From an uncultured Alphaproteobacteria bacterium (GTDB taxonomy: Bacteria > Pseudomonadota > Alphaproteobacteria > Geminicoccales > Geminicoccaceae): a stretch of 64,000 nt of DNA. The position numbers and the translations under genes are program-made. Positions within the stretch are counted from its first letter, which is position 1; each line of letters begins with the position of its first letter. Shown here one piece after another: positions 48,055 through 59,321 of the stretch. The notes under the pieces are model-generated. The model saw only the letters and a list, made by a program, of their open reading frames with translations, did not search any database and was not told the DNA's origin. The stretch covers positions 1,894,848-1,958,847 of the forward strand of contig CAVTJL010000001.1 in the NCBI GenBank assembly GCA_963735065.1. The letters run 5' to 3'.

Positions 48055-48954
48055 GTGAATGATAGGAACGCCGCGATGGTGACGATCTTCCGTTTGATGC
48101 TGTTGGGTATGCTTTCAATTGCTGTGACGGCCTGCACAGAGACCAACGGCAATGTCTCGGGAGTCGATCCGAACGTCATCGATGATGGCTTTCTCTATGT
48201 GGGCGGCGTTGATGCCGCGCGCGCGATGCAGCCCCAGGGTCCGCCCTTCTCGCAGGGGCTCCGAACCGGCTATTTCGCCTATGTCGACCAGCTGAAGAAG
48301 GGCTACGACATTCCGGCGATCGCTCACTTCAGCCGCAAGGCCGTAGCATCGGCCGAGGGCCTCAATGTCCAGCCGGACATGTTGGATTATTATCGCGGGC
48401 TGCCCAAGGCGTCGGCTGACGAGCTTGCGGCCGCTCGGGCCCGGATGATCAGCGCCTTCGACGCGGGGGGACGGAGCTCGGCCGCTGCCGATGCCGCCAG
48501 GGCGCAGGTCGCCTTCGACTGCTGGCTCCGGGAGACGGATAAAGGCGATACGGCCGGCATCAGCCGTTGCAAGGGTGAGTTCGAGGACGCGATCACCAAG
48601 GTCGAGAACTCGCTAGCCAAGCCGGCCAGCACCTACATCGTCTTCTTCGCCTGGGATCGTGCGGACCTCACCCCAGTGGCGCAGCAGATCCTCACTCAGG
48701 TGGCGACCGACTTCAAGGCGGGCAAATCCACCACGCTCGTCCTTGCCGGCTACACCGATACCTCGGGTTCGGCCCCGTACAATCTGAAGCTCTCGGAGCG
48801 ACGGGCGAAGTCGGTGGCGGCCGCGCTGGCGAAGCTGGGCATCTCGACGGATGCGATGAAGGTCAACTGGTACGGCGAGACGCACCTTAGGGTTCAGACC
48901 AAGGATGGTGTTCGTGAGCCGCAGAACCGGCGCGTCGAGATTAACTTCCAGTAG
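48055..48954 (+). CDS. OmpA-family lipoprotein (peptidoglycan-associated C-terminal domain)
   Basis: Lipobox LSIAVTAC and a C-terminal OmpA_C domain (VLAGYTDTSGSAPYNLKLSERRAKSV...NRRVEINF). ATG 48076 is an alternative start. Confidence 0.85.
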   Translation: MNDRNAAMVTIFRLMLLGMLSIAVTACTETNGNVSGVDPNVIDDGFLYVGGVDAARAMQPQGPPFSQGLRTGYFAYVDQLKKGYDIPAIAHFSRKAVASAEGLNVQPDMLDYYRGLPKASADELAAARARMISAFDAGGRSSAAADAARAQVAFDCWLRETDKGDTAGISRCKGEFEDAITKVENSLAKPASTYIVFFAWDRADLTPVAQQILTQVATDFKAGKSTTLVLAGYTDTSGSAPYNLKLSERRAKSVAAALAKLGISTDAMKVNWYGETHLRVQTKDGVREPQNRRVEINFQ

Positions 48955-49000
48955 GGCGCGGCAGCGCGGACTTCTCTGGCTGCTCCAGTCTTGAGCATGG

Positions 49001-49038
49001 AAAAGCCCCGTACCCGAAGGTACGGGGCTTTTCTCTTT
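49001..49038. terminator. Rho-independent terminator (possibly bidirectional) between OmpA-family gene and moaA
   Basis: aaaagccccgtacc-cgaa-ggtacggggctttt followed by ctcttt. This is a 14-bp stem with an A-tract upstream and a T-tract downstream. Confidence 0.8.
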
Positions 49039-49140
49039 CCGGGCTGTCCACGCCGCCACGCGCGCAACATCCCGGGCCCCAGCTATCAGCCGGTCACGGG
49101 GCGTGGGATGCGATCGACAGGGCTCGGGGCGGGAGGGACG

Positions 49141-50133
49141 CTAGCCGCCCGTGACGCTCATATGGCGGCCTACAGCCGGGCGGTTGTGCCGCCGGTCGAT
49201 GACGAAATCATGGCCTTTCGGCTTGCGGGCGATGCCATCGAGGATGGCCCGGTGCAGCGGCTCGTTGCTCTCGGACGCGCGGAGCGGTGCGCGAAGATCG
49301 ATGCGATCCTCCTGGCCGAGGCACATGTACATTGTGCCCGTGCAGGTGACCCTGACACGATTGCAGGACTCGCAGAAATTGTGAGAGAGCGGTGTGATGA
49401 AGCCGAGCCGACCTCCGGTCTCGCGCACACGCACATAGCGAGCCGGGCCGCCGGTGCGATAGGGAATCTCCTCGAGCGTCCAGGTTTTCTCGAGACGCGA
49501 GCGCAAGAGAGAGAGGGGCAGGTATTGCGCCGTGCGATCTCCCTCGATCTCCCCGAGAGGCATCGTCTCGATCAGGGTGAGATCAAAGCCCTCTGTGCCG
49601 CACCAGGCGATGATCCGGTCGATCTCGTCTTCGTTCACGCCCTTGAGCGCCACCGCATTGATCTTGACCGCCAAACCCGCCCGTCGTGCGGCCGCAATGC
49701 CGGCCATCACGCGATCGAGCTTGCCCCATCGCGTGATGGCAGCGAAGCGGACCGGGTCGAGCGTATCGAGGGAGACGTTGATGCGCCGCACGCCAGCTTC
49801 AGCCAGCTCATCCGCAAAGCGCTCGAGCTGGCTGCCGTTGGTCGTGATCGTAAGCTCGTCGAGAGCGCCCGAGGCGACATGACGCCCCATCGCCCGGATC
49901 AGCCACATCACGTTCCGCCGCACGAGCGGCTCACCGCCGGTGAGACGGATCTTGCGGACACCCAGATCGACGAAGGCGGCGCCAAGGCGGTCCAGCTCCT
50001 CGAGGGAGAGAAGGTCCCTCTTGGGCAGAAAGGTCATGTTCTCCGCCATGCAATAGACACAGCGGAAGTCGCACCGGTCGGTGAGCGACAGGCGGACGTA
50101 GGTGATCTCGCGACCGAATGGGTCGACGACCAT
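49141..50133 (-). CDS. moaA: GTP 3',8-cyclase (molybdenum cofactor biosynthesis protein A)
   Basis: Radical-SAM CDFRCVYC motif, a C-terminal CxxCxxxxxxxxxxxxxC cluster ([13 protein letters not shown]) and a GG terminus. ATG 50133 lies within ORF 49141..50172. Confidence 0.95.
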   Translation of the reverse strand: MVVDPFGREITYVRLSLTDRCDFRCVYCMAENMTFLPKRDLLSLEELDRLGAAFVDLGVRKIRLTGGEPLVRRNVMWLIRAMGRHVASGALDELTITTNGSQLERFADELAEAGVRRINVSLDTLDPVRFAAITRWGKLDRVMAGIAAARRAGLAVKINAVALKGVNEDEIDRIIAWCGTEGFDLTLIETMPLGEIEGDRTAQYLPLSLLRSRLEKTWTLEEIPYRTGGPARYVRVRETGGRLGFITPLSHNFCESCNRVRVTCTGTMYMCLGQEDRIDLRAPLRASESNEPLHRAILDGIARKPKGHDFVIDRRHNRPAVGRHMSVTGG

Positions 50134-50300
50134 AGGCGAATGCTCCAACGAGGCTGGCCGAAAGCCGGGCACCTATGCGGCTCTCCCCTATGCCTGTGTG
50201 CTCAACCCAATGTAAGACCCAAGGGGGGCGACGCCCAGGGGGCATCGGCGCGCGAGCGCTCGGAGGATGCGATGCCGGCCCTCTCCAACCATGGGGAGAG

Positions 50301-51065
50301 ATGGGTTTGAGGCTGGCATTCCGAGCCGCCGACACGGCCGAAGCGCGTGAGGGGCTGCGCCGGCTCACCGACGTCGACCCCGGTGTCTCGCTTGAGGATG
50401 CAGAGGTCGTCGTCGTGCTGGGTGGCGACGGCTTCATGCTCGAGACGCTGCATACCATCCTGCACCGGAACCTGCCTGTTTACGGCATGAACCTCGGCAC
50501 GGTCGGCTTTCTGCTGAACCAGTTCAGGCCGGACGGCCTCAAGGAGCGCATCGCGACGGCGAAAAAGGTCGATCTGTTTCCGCTCAGGATGCGGGCCGAG
50601 CTTCAGAGCGGCGAGGTCAAGGAGGGGCTCGGCATCAACGAGGTGTCGTTCTTTCGTGAGACGCGGCAGGCGGCGACGCTCAGCATCGACATCGACGGGA
50701 TCTGCCGGCTGCCGAACCTCGTCTGCGACGGGTTGCTCATCGCCACCCCAGGCGGGAGCACGGCCTATAATCTTTCGGCGCACGGGCCGATCATCCCGAT
50801 CGGCGCCAATCTCCTTGCGCTTACACCAATCAGCCCGTTCCGGCCTCGGCGCTGGCGTGGTGCCCTGCTGCCCAGCCGCAGCCGCTTCACCATTCGCGTG
50901 CTCGACCCCGGCAAACGGCCCGTCGGTGCTGTCTCGGACTATACCGAGGTCCGGGATGTGGCGAAGGTCGAGGTCTGGGAGGATCGCTCGATCTCGGCCC
51001 AGCTGCTCTTCGATCCCGAGCACAACCTCGAAGAGCGAATCCTCAAGGAACAGTTCATTCCGTGA
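50301..51065 (+). CDS. nadK: NAD kinase
   Basis: ATG 50301 follows GGGGAGAG. The motifs are [15 protein letters not shown] and [16 protein letters not shown]. Confidence 0.9.
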   Translation: MGLRLAFRAADTAEAREGLRRLTDVDPGVSLEDAEVVVVLGGDGFMLETLHTILHRNLPVYGMNLGTVGFLLNQFRPDGLKERIATAKKVDLFPLRMRAELQSGEVKEGLGINEVSFFRETRQAATLSIDIDGICRLPNLVCDGLLIATPGGSTAYNLSAHGPIIPIGANLLALTPISPFRPRRWRGALLPSRSRFTIRVLDPGKRPVGAVSDYTEVRDVAKVEVWEDRSISAQLLFDPEHNLEERILKEQFIP

Positions 51066-51143
51066 GCGTTGGCCTGTCCGGGTGAGGCCGTCCATCGACC
51101 TCGAGCTCCGACGGAGATCCAGGGCTTCTGGGAGGCAAGAACC

Positions 51144-52310
51144 ATGAGCGCTGATGAGGCGGCACGCTCTGGCTGGACGGCCCGCACGCTGGCAGCACAG
51201 GCACTGGGCTCCATCGACGAGCTCAGCCGCGGCGTGGTGCCGCCCATTCATGTCACCACCACCTATCTGCGCGATCCCGACAACCAGTACCGTAGCGGGA
51301 ATGTCTACGGCCGCCCGGACAACGAGACGGTTCGTGAGGCGGAAGGGGTCATCGCGGCGCTCGAGGGCGCTGCGCAGGCGATGGTGCTCGGCTCCGGAAT
51401 GTCCGCGGCCACGGCCCTTCTCCTTGCGCTGGCACCTGGCGACCATGTGGTGGCACCGAAGGTGATGTACTGGGCGCTGCGCGATTGGCTGGTCACCGAC
51501 GGCCGCCGTTGGGGCCTCGAGGTCGATCTGGTCGACACGGGCGACCTCGACGCCTTACGGGCGGCAGTGCGGCCGGGCGCCACAAGGCTGGTCTGGGTGG
51601 AGACGCCGGCCAACCCGCTTTGGTCACTGACGGACATTGCGGCCGCCGCTGCGATCGCGCACGCCGCTGGGGCGCTCCTGGCGGTCGATTCGACATGCGC
51701 CACACCGATGCTCACGCGCCCGCTGGAGCATGGCGCCGACATCGTCATGCATTCGGCGACGAAATACCTGAACGGGCATTCGGACGTGATAGCCGGCGCG
51801 CTGGCAACCAGGCGTACCGATGGGCTGTGGCAGCGCGTCCGGCGCAACCGGTCGACCCTCGGACAGATCCTTGGCCCGCTCGAAGCCTTTCTCCTGCTCC
51901 GCGGAATGCGGACGCTGCCGCTGCGCGTGCAGGCAGCGAGCGCGTCGGCGATGGAGCTGGCGCGGCGCTTGGTCCGGCACGATGCCGTCGCTGAGGTGCT
52001 TTATCCCGGCTTGCCCACTCATCCCGGGCACGACATCGCACGACGACAGATGAGCGGCGGGTTCGGCGGCATGCTGAGCATTCGCCTGCGAGGCGGTGAG
52101 GCTGCGGCAGTGGCGGCTGCGGCCGGTGTCGAGCTGTGGAAGCGAGCGACATCGTTGGGCGGTGTCGAGAGCCTGATCGAGCATCGGGCCTCGATCGAGG
52201 GCCAGGGATCGCCCTGTCCTCCTGACCTTCTGCGCCTGTCCACCGGCATCGAGGATCCCGGCGATCTCTTTGCCGACCTCGACCGCGCGCTTCGCGTTGC
52301 GAGCGCTTAG
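51144..52310 (+). CDS. PLP-dependent Cys/Met-metabolism enzyme (cystathionine gamma-synthase/beta-lyase family)
   Basis: The family blocks are SGMSA, VDSTCATP, the PLP-Lys motif HSATKYLNGHSD and SLGGVESL. Confidence 0.85.
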   Translation: MSADEAARSGWTARTLAAQALGSIDELSRGVVPPIHVTTTYLRDPDNQYRSGNVYGRPDNETVREAEGVIAALEGAAQAMVLGSGMSAATALLLALAPGDHVVAPKVMYWALRDWLVTDGRRWGLEVDLVDTGDLDALRAAVRPGATRLVWVETPANPLWSLTDIAAAAAIAHAAGALLAVDSTCATPMLTRPLEHGADIVMHSATKYLNGHSDVIAGALATRRTDGLWQRVRRNRSTLGQILGPLEAFLLLRGMRTLPLRVQAASASAMELARRLVRHDAVAEVLYPGLPTHPGHDIARRQMSGGFGGMLSIRLRGGEAAAVAAAAGVELWKRATSLGGVESLIEHRASIEGQGSPCPPDLLRLSTGIEDPGDLFADLDRALRVASA

Positions 52311-52398
52311 CGAAGGCCGTCGGGCCAGCGCTTGCAGCGACTGACCCCGCTGGGGCGGCCTCGGACCTTACCCTAGCCCGGGCTCAGGCCTGGGTTTC

Positions 52399-52923
52399 TC
52401 AGCTGCCGGCGACGCGCAGGAGGGATCGGCTCTCGACGCCTAGCTTGGCGCAGCCGCCCAGGTCTTGAAGCTCGACAAGGAAGACGGCGCCCGCAACATC
52501 GGCGCCGACCTTCCGCAACAAGGTCACGGATGCCTGCGCGGTGCCGCCTGTCGCGATCAGATCGTCGACGAGGACGACGCGGGCGCCCGGGCGGATCAGA
52601 CCATCGGCGATCTGCAGCGTATCGCTGCCATATTCGAGATCGTACGAATGGCTGATCACGGCGCCTGGAAGCTTGCCGACCTTGCGGACCATAAGCCAGC
52701 CGAGGCCGAGCTTGTAGGCGATAGGCGCGGCAAAGATGAAGCCGCGCGACTCGATGGCTGCGATCAGGTCCGGCTGGAATTCCTGCACCAGGCCGGCGAG
52801 GCGATCGACCGTCTCAGGCCAAGCCACCCTGTCATTCAGGACCGTCGAGATGTCGTAGAAGAGGATCCCGGGCTTCGGGAAGTCCGGGATCTTTCGTATC
52901 GCCGCCTCGAGGTCGATCGCCAC
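52399..52923 (-). CDS. apt: Adenine phosphoribosyltransferase
   Basis: GTG 52923 lies within ORF 52399..53217. The motifs are PDFPKPGILFYDI, ESRGFIF and the PRPP motif VVLVDDLIATGGT. Confidence 0.9.
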   Translation of the reverse strand: MAIDLEAAIRKIPDFPKPGILFYDISTVLNDRVAWPETVDRLAGLVQEFQPDLIAAIESRGFIFAAPIAYKLGLGWLMVRKVGKLPGAVISHSYDLEYGSDTLQIADGLIRPGARVVLVDDLIATGGTAQASVTLLRKVGADVAGAVFLVELQDLGGCAKLGVESRSLLRVAGS

Positions 52924-52958
52924 CTCTGGTGCCCCGCCCTTGCTGTGGACGCCGTGCC

Positions 52959-54251
<1,293 letters not shown>

Positions 54252-55142
54252 TCAGGCGGCCGGGCTCACGGCCGTGGCGCTGACAACCTCGGCGATCGCC
54301 GACGTCAGCTCCATGAGGATCGCCTGCAGCTGTGCTGTGCCCTCGTGCGCCTTGCCACTGCGCTCGTCCATGAACAGCTGACGCCGGAACTCGACCTGGA
54401 GGGCGTGCCAGCCCTCCAGCGGCCGTCCATAGTGCTCGGTGATGAAGCCGCCCGCATAGGGTTGATTGTGGGCGACGTGGAGGCCATGCGCGCTCAATAC
54501 CTCCGCCGCCACATTCATGAAGGCTGCGCCGCAGCTTCGCCCGAACCGGTCGCCGAGGGCCACATCGACCGGGGAGGCTGCCCGCTGGCCCGCCGCCTCG
54601 GACGGCATGGAGTGGCAGTCAAGGAGAATGGCCACGCCAAAACGGCGGCGGGTCTCACCGAGCAGGCTCGCGAGACGGTCGTGATAGGGTTGGTATCCTT
54701 GGATCAGCCGGCTCTGCACCTCCTCGAGCCCGAGCCGGCGCCGATAGATGGCCCGCCCGGAGATCCGGCTCGGCACCACTCCGAGCCCGGCCCGCACCTT
54801 GGCGCTTAGTCGGAGGTCGGGCAGCGACATCGGTGCCGTCAGAAGATCGGGGTCCAGCTCGGCACTATTGCGATTGAGGTCGACGAAGGCGCGCGCATAG
54901 GTCGCGGCGATGACCGTAGCCCCCAGGTCGGCGCAGGGGGCGACAAGACCGTCGACGGGCCCGTCATCGAGGCATCTGAGCTCGCTCTGATCAATCCTCA
55001 GGGCGCCCATCAGATCAGAGGGATACACCGTCCCGCTGTGCGGGGAGGACAGCACGACAGGCAGCAGCTGACCCGTCGGAAGCAGCTCCCTGAACGGCAG
55101 AATCCTTCCACCGCCGATCGCTATGTCGATGCCGTCCCTCAT
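54252..55142 (-). CDS. N-formylglutamate amidohydrolase family protein
   Basis: SSPHSG..YP, FVDLNR and LLDCHSMPS are typical FGase-family blocks. ATG 55142 lies within ORF 54252..55160. Confidence 0.8.
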   Translation of the reverse strand: MRDGIDIAIGGGRILPFRELLPTGQLLPVVLSSPHSGTVYPSDLMGALRIDQSELRCLDDGPVDGLVAPCADLGATVIAATYARAFVDLNRNSAELDPDLLTAPMSLPDLRLSAKVRAGLGVVPSRISGRAIYRRRLGLEEVQSRLIQGYQPYHDRLASLLGETRRRFGVAILLDCHSMPSEAAGQRAASPVDVALGDRFGRSCGAAFMNVAAEVLSAHGLHVAHNQPYAGGFITEHYGRPLEGWHALQVEFRRQLFMDERSGKAHEGTAQLQAILMELTSAIAEVVSATAVSPAA

Positions 55143-55258
55143 GGGAGGACAAGAGCACACCGCGCGCGCCGGAACAACCCGATGCTCGGCGCCACAATCA
55201 TGACGGCCGCACGACGGCCTTGCCCTCGGCCGTGGTTTCTCCTAAGCAGCGCGCCAGC

Positions 55259-55333
<75 letters not shown>

Positions 55334-55425
55334 CCGCTTCCAGGGCCAGGCCGCATGGGCATCATCCCGCCGGGCCAGTGGCCACACTGGGGCATCGGCG
55401 CCGCGCCTGGAACGAGGTGCCGCGC

Positions 55426-57033
55426 TTGACCGTCATCCGCACCGAGATCGATCCCAGGTCAGAGGCTTTCAGAGCCAACGCTGAGCGCGTCCGGGCGCTG
55501 GTGGATGAGCTCCGCGAGCGGGTAGCTCGCGTGATCGAGGGCGGCGACGCCAAGGCCCGGGAGCGCCATCTTGCACGCGGCAAGCTCCTGCCGCGCGAGC
55601 GCGTGGAGCGTCTGACCGATCCTGGGGCGCCGTTTCTCGAGCTCTCCCAGCTCGCTGCCGAGGGCATGTATGGCGGCCAAGTTCCCGCAGCCGGGATCAT
55701 CACCGGGATCGGTCGGGTCGCAGGGCGCGAATGCATGATCGTCGCCAACGATGCGACGGTGAAGGGTGGCACCTACTTTCCGATCACGGTGAAGAAGCAT
55801 CTGCGCGCGCAGGAGATCGCTCGCGAGAGCCGACTGGCTTGCATCTATCTCGTCGACTCCGGCGGTGCCCACCTGCCGAGCCAGGACGAGGTCTTTCCCG
55901 ACCGCGAGCATTTCGGTCGGATCTTCTACAATCAGGCGACCATGTCGGCCGAAGGCATACCGCAGATCGCGGCGGTGATGGGATCCTGCACCGCCGGTGG
56001 CGCCTATGTGCCGGCGATGGCGGACGAGGCCGTCATCGTCAGGAACCAGGGCACGATCTTCCTGGGCGGCCCACCGCTCGTGAAGGCAGCGACCGGCGAG
56101 GTCGTGACCGCCGAGGAGCTGGGTGGCGGCGACGTCCACACGAGGATCTCCGGCGTTGCCGACCACCTGGCCGAAAGCGACGCCCATGCCCTGGCGATCT
56201 GTCGGCGGATCGTCGCTGGGCTCGGCTCTCGCTGCGGGCGCGCGCTGGACCAGGTGTCACCCGCCCCGCCGCTCTACGCTGCGGAGGAGCTCTACGGCCT
56301 GATCCCCGAAGATCTGCGCCAGCCGATCGAGGCTCGGGAGGTCATTGCACGCGTGGTCGACGGCTCGGTTCTGGACGAGTTCAAGCCGCGCTACGGCGCC
56401 ACGCTCGTCACCGGGTTCGCCCGGCTCTTCGGCTGCCCCGTTGGGATCCTCGCCAACAACGGCATTCTCTTCAGCGAATCGGCCCAGAAGGGCGCTCACT
56501 TCATCGAGCTTTGCTGCCAGCGTGGTATCCCCCTCATCTTCCTGCAGAACATCACGGGCTTCATGGTCGGGCGGAAGTACGAGCAGGGCGGCATCGCCAA
56601 GGACGGCGCGAAGCTGGTCATGGCCGTCGCCTGCGCACGCGTCCCGAAGCTCACGGTCATCATCGGCGGGAGCTTCGGCGCCGGCAATTACGGCATGGCC
56701 GGCCGGGCCTTCGCTCCCCGTCTCCTCTGGATGTGGCCCAACGCTCGGATCTCGGTCATGGGCGGTGAGCAGGCCGCATCCGTGCTCGGAACCGTGCGTC
56801 GCGACGGGCTCGAGGCGCAGGGTCGAGCCTGGACGGCTGCCGAGGAGGAGGCTTTCAAGGCGCCCATCAGGGAACAGTATGAGCGCCAGGGCCATCCCTA
56901 CTACGCGACGGCACGGCTCTGGGACGACGGCGTCATCGATCCCGCCCAGACGCGGATGGTTCTCGGTCTGAGCCTGTCGGCCGCGCTCAATGCCCCCATC
57001 GAGCCCACCCGGTTCGGCGTCTTCAGGATGTGA
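55426..57033 (+). CDS. mccB: Methylcrotonyl-CoA carboxylase carboxyltransferase (beta) subunit
   Basis: ORF 55378..57033, with likely TTG start 55426 ([14 protein letters not shown]). The carboxyl-transferase blocks are [22 protein letters not shown] and [11 protein letters not shown]. Confidence 0.9.
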   Translation: MTVIRTEIDPRSEAFRANAERVRALVDELRERVARVIEGGDAKARERHLARGKLLPRERVERLTDPGAPFLELSQLAAEGMYGGQVPAAGIITGIGRVAGRECMIVANDATVKGGTYFPITVKKHLRAQEIARESRLACIYLVDSGGAHLPSQDEVFPDREHFGRIFYNQATMSAEGIPQIAAVMGSCTAGGAYVPAMADEAVIVRNQGTIFLGGPPLVKAATGEVVTAEELGGGDVHTRISGVADHLAESDAHALAICRRIVAGLGSRCGRALDQVSPAPPLYAAEELYGLIPEDLRQPIEAREVIARVVDGSVLDEFKPRYGATLVTGFARLFGCPVGILANNGILFSESAQKGAHFIELCCQRGIPLIFLQNITGFMVGRKYEQGGIAKDGAKLVMAVACARVPKLTVIIGGSFGAGNYGMAGRAFAPRLLWMWPNARISVMGGEQAASVLGTVRRDGLEAQGRAWTAAEEEAFKAPIREQYERQGHPYYATARLWDDGVIDPAQTRMVLGLSLSAALNAPIEPTRFGVFRM

Positions 57034-57037
57034 GCCC

Positions 57038-57820
57038 TTGAGCGACAAGCCCCTTCTCGAGGAGTGCCGCGACGGCGTGGCGCGGCTCACGATGAGCCGG
57101 CCGAACGTTCACAACGCCTTCGATGAGCATCTCATTCAGGCCATGATCGAGGCCTTGGAGCGCTTTGCCGAGGATGATTCGGTCCGCGTGGTCGTCCTGA
57201 CCGGGGACGGCAAAAGCTTCTCCGCCGGCGCCGATCTGGATTGGATGCGCAGGATGGCGGCGTTCGACGAGGCGGAGAACTTGGCGGATGCCCAGCAGCT
57301 TGGACGCTTGCTCCGGACCCTAGACGAGCTGCCCAAGCCGACACTGGCGTTGGTCAACGGCGCTGCGATCGGCGGCGGCGTGGGGCTGGTTGCCGCCGTC
57401 GATATCGCCATAGCCGCCGCGACCGCGACATTTGGCCTCTCCGAGGTTCGTCTCGGCCTCGTTCCTGCCGTGATCGGGCCCTATGTCGCTCGGGCATTGG
57501 GCGAGCGATGGTGCAGGCGACTTTTCCTCACCGGGGAGCGGTTTGACGCGGCCGAGGCAGTGCGGTTAGGGCTTGTGCATGAGGTGGTCTCGCCTGAGGG
57601 GCTGGAGGCTCGTGGCGCCGTCATCGTCGATGCTCTGCGGCAGGGTGGGCCCGAAGCGCAACGCGAGGCAAAGGGCCTGATCCGGCTGGTCCGCGATCTC
57701 GATGGTCAGCTGCTCGACGCCGAGACGAGCCGGCTGATCGCCGAGCGCCGGGCCTCTGCCGAGGGGCGCGAGGGTGTGAAGGCCTTCCTCGAGAAGCGGC
57801 AGCCCGCTTGGCGTCCATGA
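57038..57820 (+). CDS. Enoyl-CoA hydratase/isomerase family protein (probable methylglutaconyl-CoA hydratase)
   Basis: TTG 57038 lies 4 nt after the mccB stop. It has the crotonase motifs FSAGADL and GGGVGL. Its position between mccB and mccA suggests a LiuC function. Confidence 0.8.
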   Translation: MSDKPLLEECRDGVARLTMSRPNVHNAFDEHLIQAMIEALERFAEDDSVRVVVLTGDGKSFSAGADLDWMRRMAAFDEAENLADAQQLGRLLRTLDELPKPTLALVNGAAIGGGVGLVAAVDIAIAAATATFGLSEVRLGLVPAVIGPYVARALGERWCRRLFLTGERFDAAEAVRLGLVHEVVSPEGLEARGAVIVDALRQGGPEAQREAKGLIRLVRDLDGQLLDAETSRLIAERRASAEGREGVKAFLEKRQPAWRP

Positions 57821-57964
57821 TCGAGAGCTCGCATGCGCTATTCGGCTGACGCGACGGGGCGGCTCGGCTATCTCCTACGGTTGCCTGATCTTCCAGGCGC
57901 ACGCGCCCTGACACTCGGTGGACGGGCGGAACCCGGCGTGAAGAGGCGGAGGAGGGTCATCTAT

Positions 57965-59305
57965 ATGGCGGATCGGACCGGGCTCGGCCGATGGGGCGTC
58001 ATGCTCGGAGTGGTCGGCGCCGCGATCATAGGCGCTCCGCCCGCATCGGCGCAGCTCTTCGGGACCGTGACGAAGGTGCCCGCCGCCTGTGACCCTGTTG
58101 CCAACGGGGCCATCGGCGATGGCCTGACTGACAACACGAAAGCCCTGCAGAAGACCTTGGACACCTGCAAGGGTGCGTGGATCCGTTTGCCGCCCGGCAC
58201 CTATCTGACGGGGCCTCTCTTCCTCCGCTCGGGCGTTACCCTGGATTTCGCGGCCGGCACGACCGTGATCGGCACCACCGATCCCGAGGCGTACAAGGAC
58301 GGCAAAGGCGGTATGTGGGCCCTCTTCAACGGCGAGGGCGTCAAGAACGTCATGATACGTGGAGCCGGTCGGATCGACGGCCAGGGGGCCACGTGGTGGG
58401 CGACGCTCGCGGCTGCCGAGGCGCTCCGCCCGAGCGATCAGGAGCGTCCCGACGACGCGCCGGGGCGACCGCGGCTGATGCGCTTCGACCACTCCAGCGA
58501 TATCACCGTTCAGCGTGTGACCCTGCAGAACTCACCGAGCTATCATCTGGTCTTCCGCCATTGCGACGATGTGCAGGTGACCGGCGTCAACATCATGGCG
58601 CCGACGAGCGCGCAGATCACGAGCGCACCGAATACGGACGGCATCGACATCATCTCCTCGCGCAATGTCCGGGTCACGACCTCGTATATCAGCGTCGCCG
58701 AGGACGATATCGCCATCAAGGCTGAGGGAAGCCCGGACGACCCCGACAACCGCACGTCTGGGATCCGAATCAGGGGTTCCACCTTCAATGGGGGCCATGG
58801 CGTCGCGATCGGCAGCGTCACGACCGGCGGAGTCGACGACGTCATCGTCGAGGCGAACGTGTTCACCGGCACGCAATGGGGCATCCGCATCAAGACTGCG
58901 CGCGACCGCGGCGGCCCCATCTCGAACCTCGTCTTCCGTGATCTGCGCATGGACACGGTCGGTCTGCCGATCATGTTCGTGAGCTACTTCCCGACCGTGC
59001 CTGACACGGACAAGGCCGCAAAGATCTCGCCCACGACGCCTAGGATCGACGGTATCCGGGTGCAGAACCTGCGCGCCACCAGCGCGAACGCGGTGGGTGC
59101 CATCTTCGGTCTACCGGAGAGCCCGATCGAGAATGTCACGCTCCAGGATCTCGCCATCGATGCGAAGTCGGGTCTCTACGTTCGATGGGCCGGCGTCAAG
59201 CTGGTGACGAGCACCCTCTCGGTGGAGAACGGCGACGCCGTCGTGCACGGCGACGGGGCCAAGGTTGAGACGGTCGTGAAGGACGCGAGTGCAGCCGTGC
59301 AGTAA
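57965..59305 (+). CDS. Secreted glycoside hydrolase family 28 (polygalacturonase-like beta-helix) protein
   Basis: ATG 57965 lies within ORF 57833..59305, with a signal peptide ...APPASAQ. All four GH28 signature blocks are present: NTDGIDI, EDDIAIK (G/QDD-type), GGHGVAIGS and GIRIKT. Confidence 0.85.
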   Translation: MADRTGLGRWGVMLGVVGAAIIGAPPASAQLFGTVTKVPAACDPVANGAIGDGLTDNTKALQKTLDTCKGAWIRLPPGTYLTGPLFLRSGVTLDFAAGTTVIGTTDPEAYKDGKGGMWALFNGEGVKNVMIRGAGRIDGQGATWWATLAAAEALRPSDQERPDDAPGRPRLMRFDHSSDITVQRVTLQNSPSYHLVFRHCDDVQVTGVNIMAPTSAQITSAPNTDGIDIISSRNVRVTTSYISVAEDDIAIKAEGSPDDPDNRTSGIRIRGSTFNGGHGVAIGSVTTGGVDDVIVEANVFTGTQWGIRIKTARDRGGPISNLVFRDLRMDTVGLPIMFVSYFPTVPDTDKAAKISPTTPRIDGIRVQNLRATSANAVGAIFGLPESPIENVTLQDLAIDAKSGLYVRWAGVKLVTSTLSVENGDAVVHGDGAKVETVVKDASAAVQ

Positions 59306-59321
59306 GCCGCACCGACCGCCC

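Noticed and set aside
51066-51143. Looked for a SAM-II-type riboswitch ahead of the Cys/Met-metabolism PLP enzyme
   Set aside because: The 78-nt spacer shows none of the conserved pseudoknot elements I recall (no AAAGCU-type box), and the gene may simply be co-transcribed with nadK.
55334-55425. Looked for tRNA-3'-end direct repeats (att sites) downstream of tRNA-Val, and likewise near tRNA-Leu (37002-37088), that would mark the liu cluster or neighbouring genes as an integrated island
   Set aside because: I could find no second copy of either tRNA 3' end by eye within the window, and no integrase gene is present. A computational repeat search would be needed to be certain.
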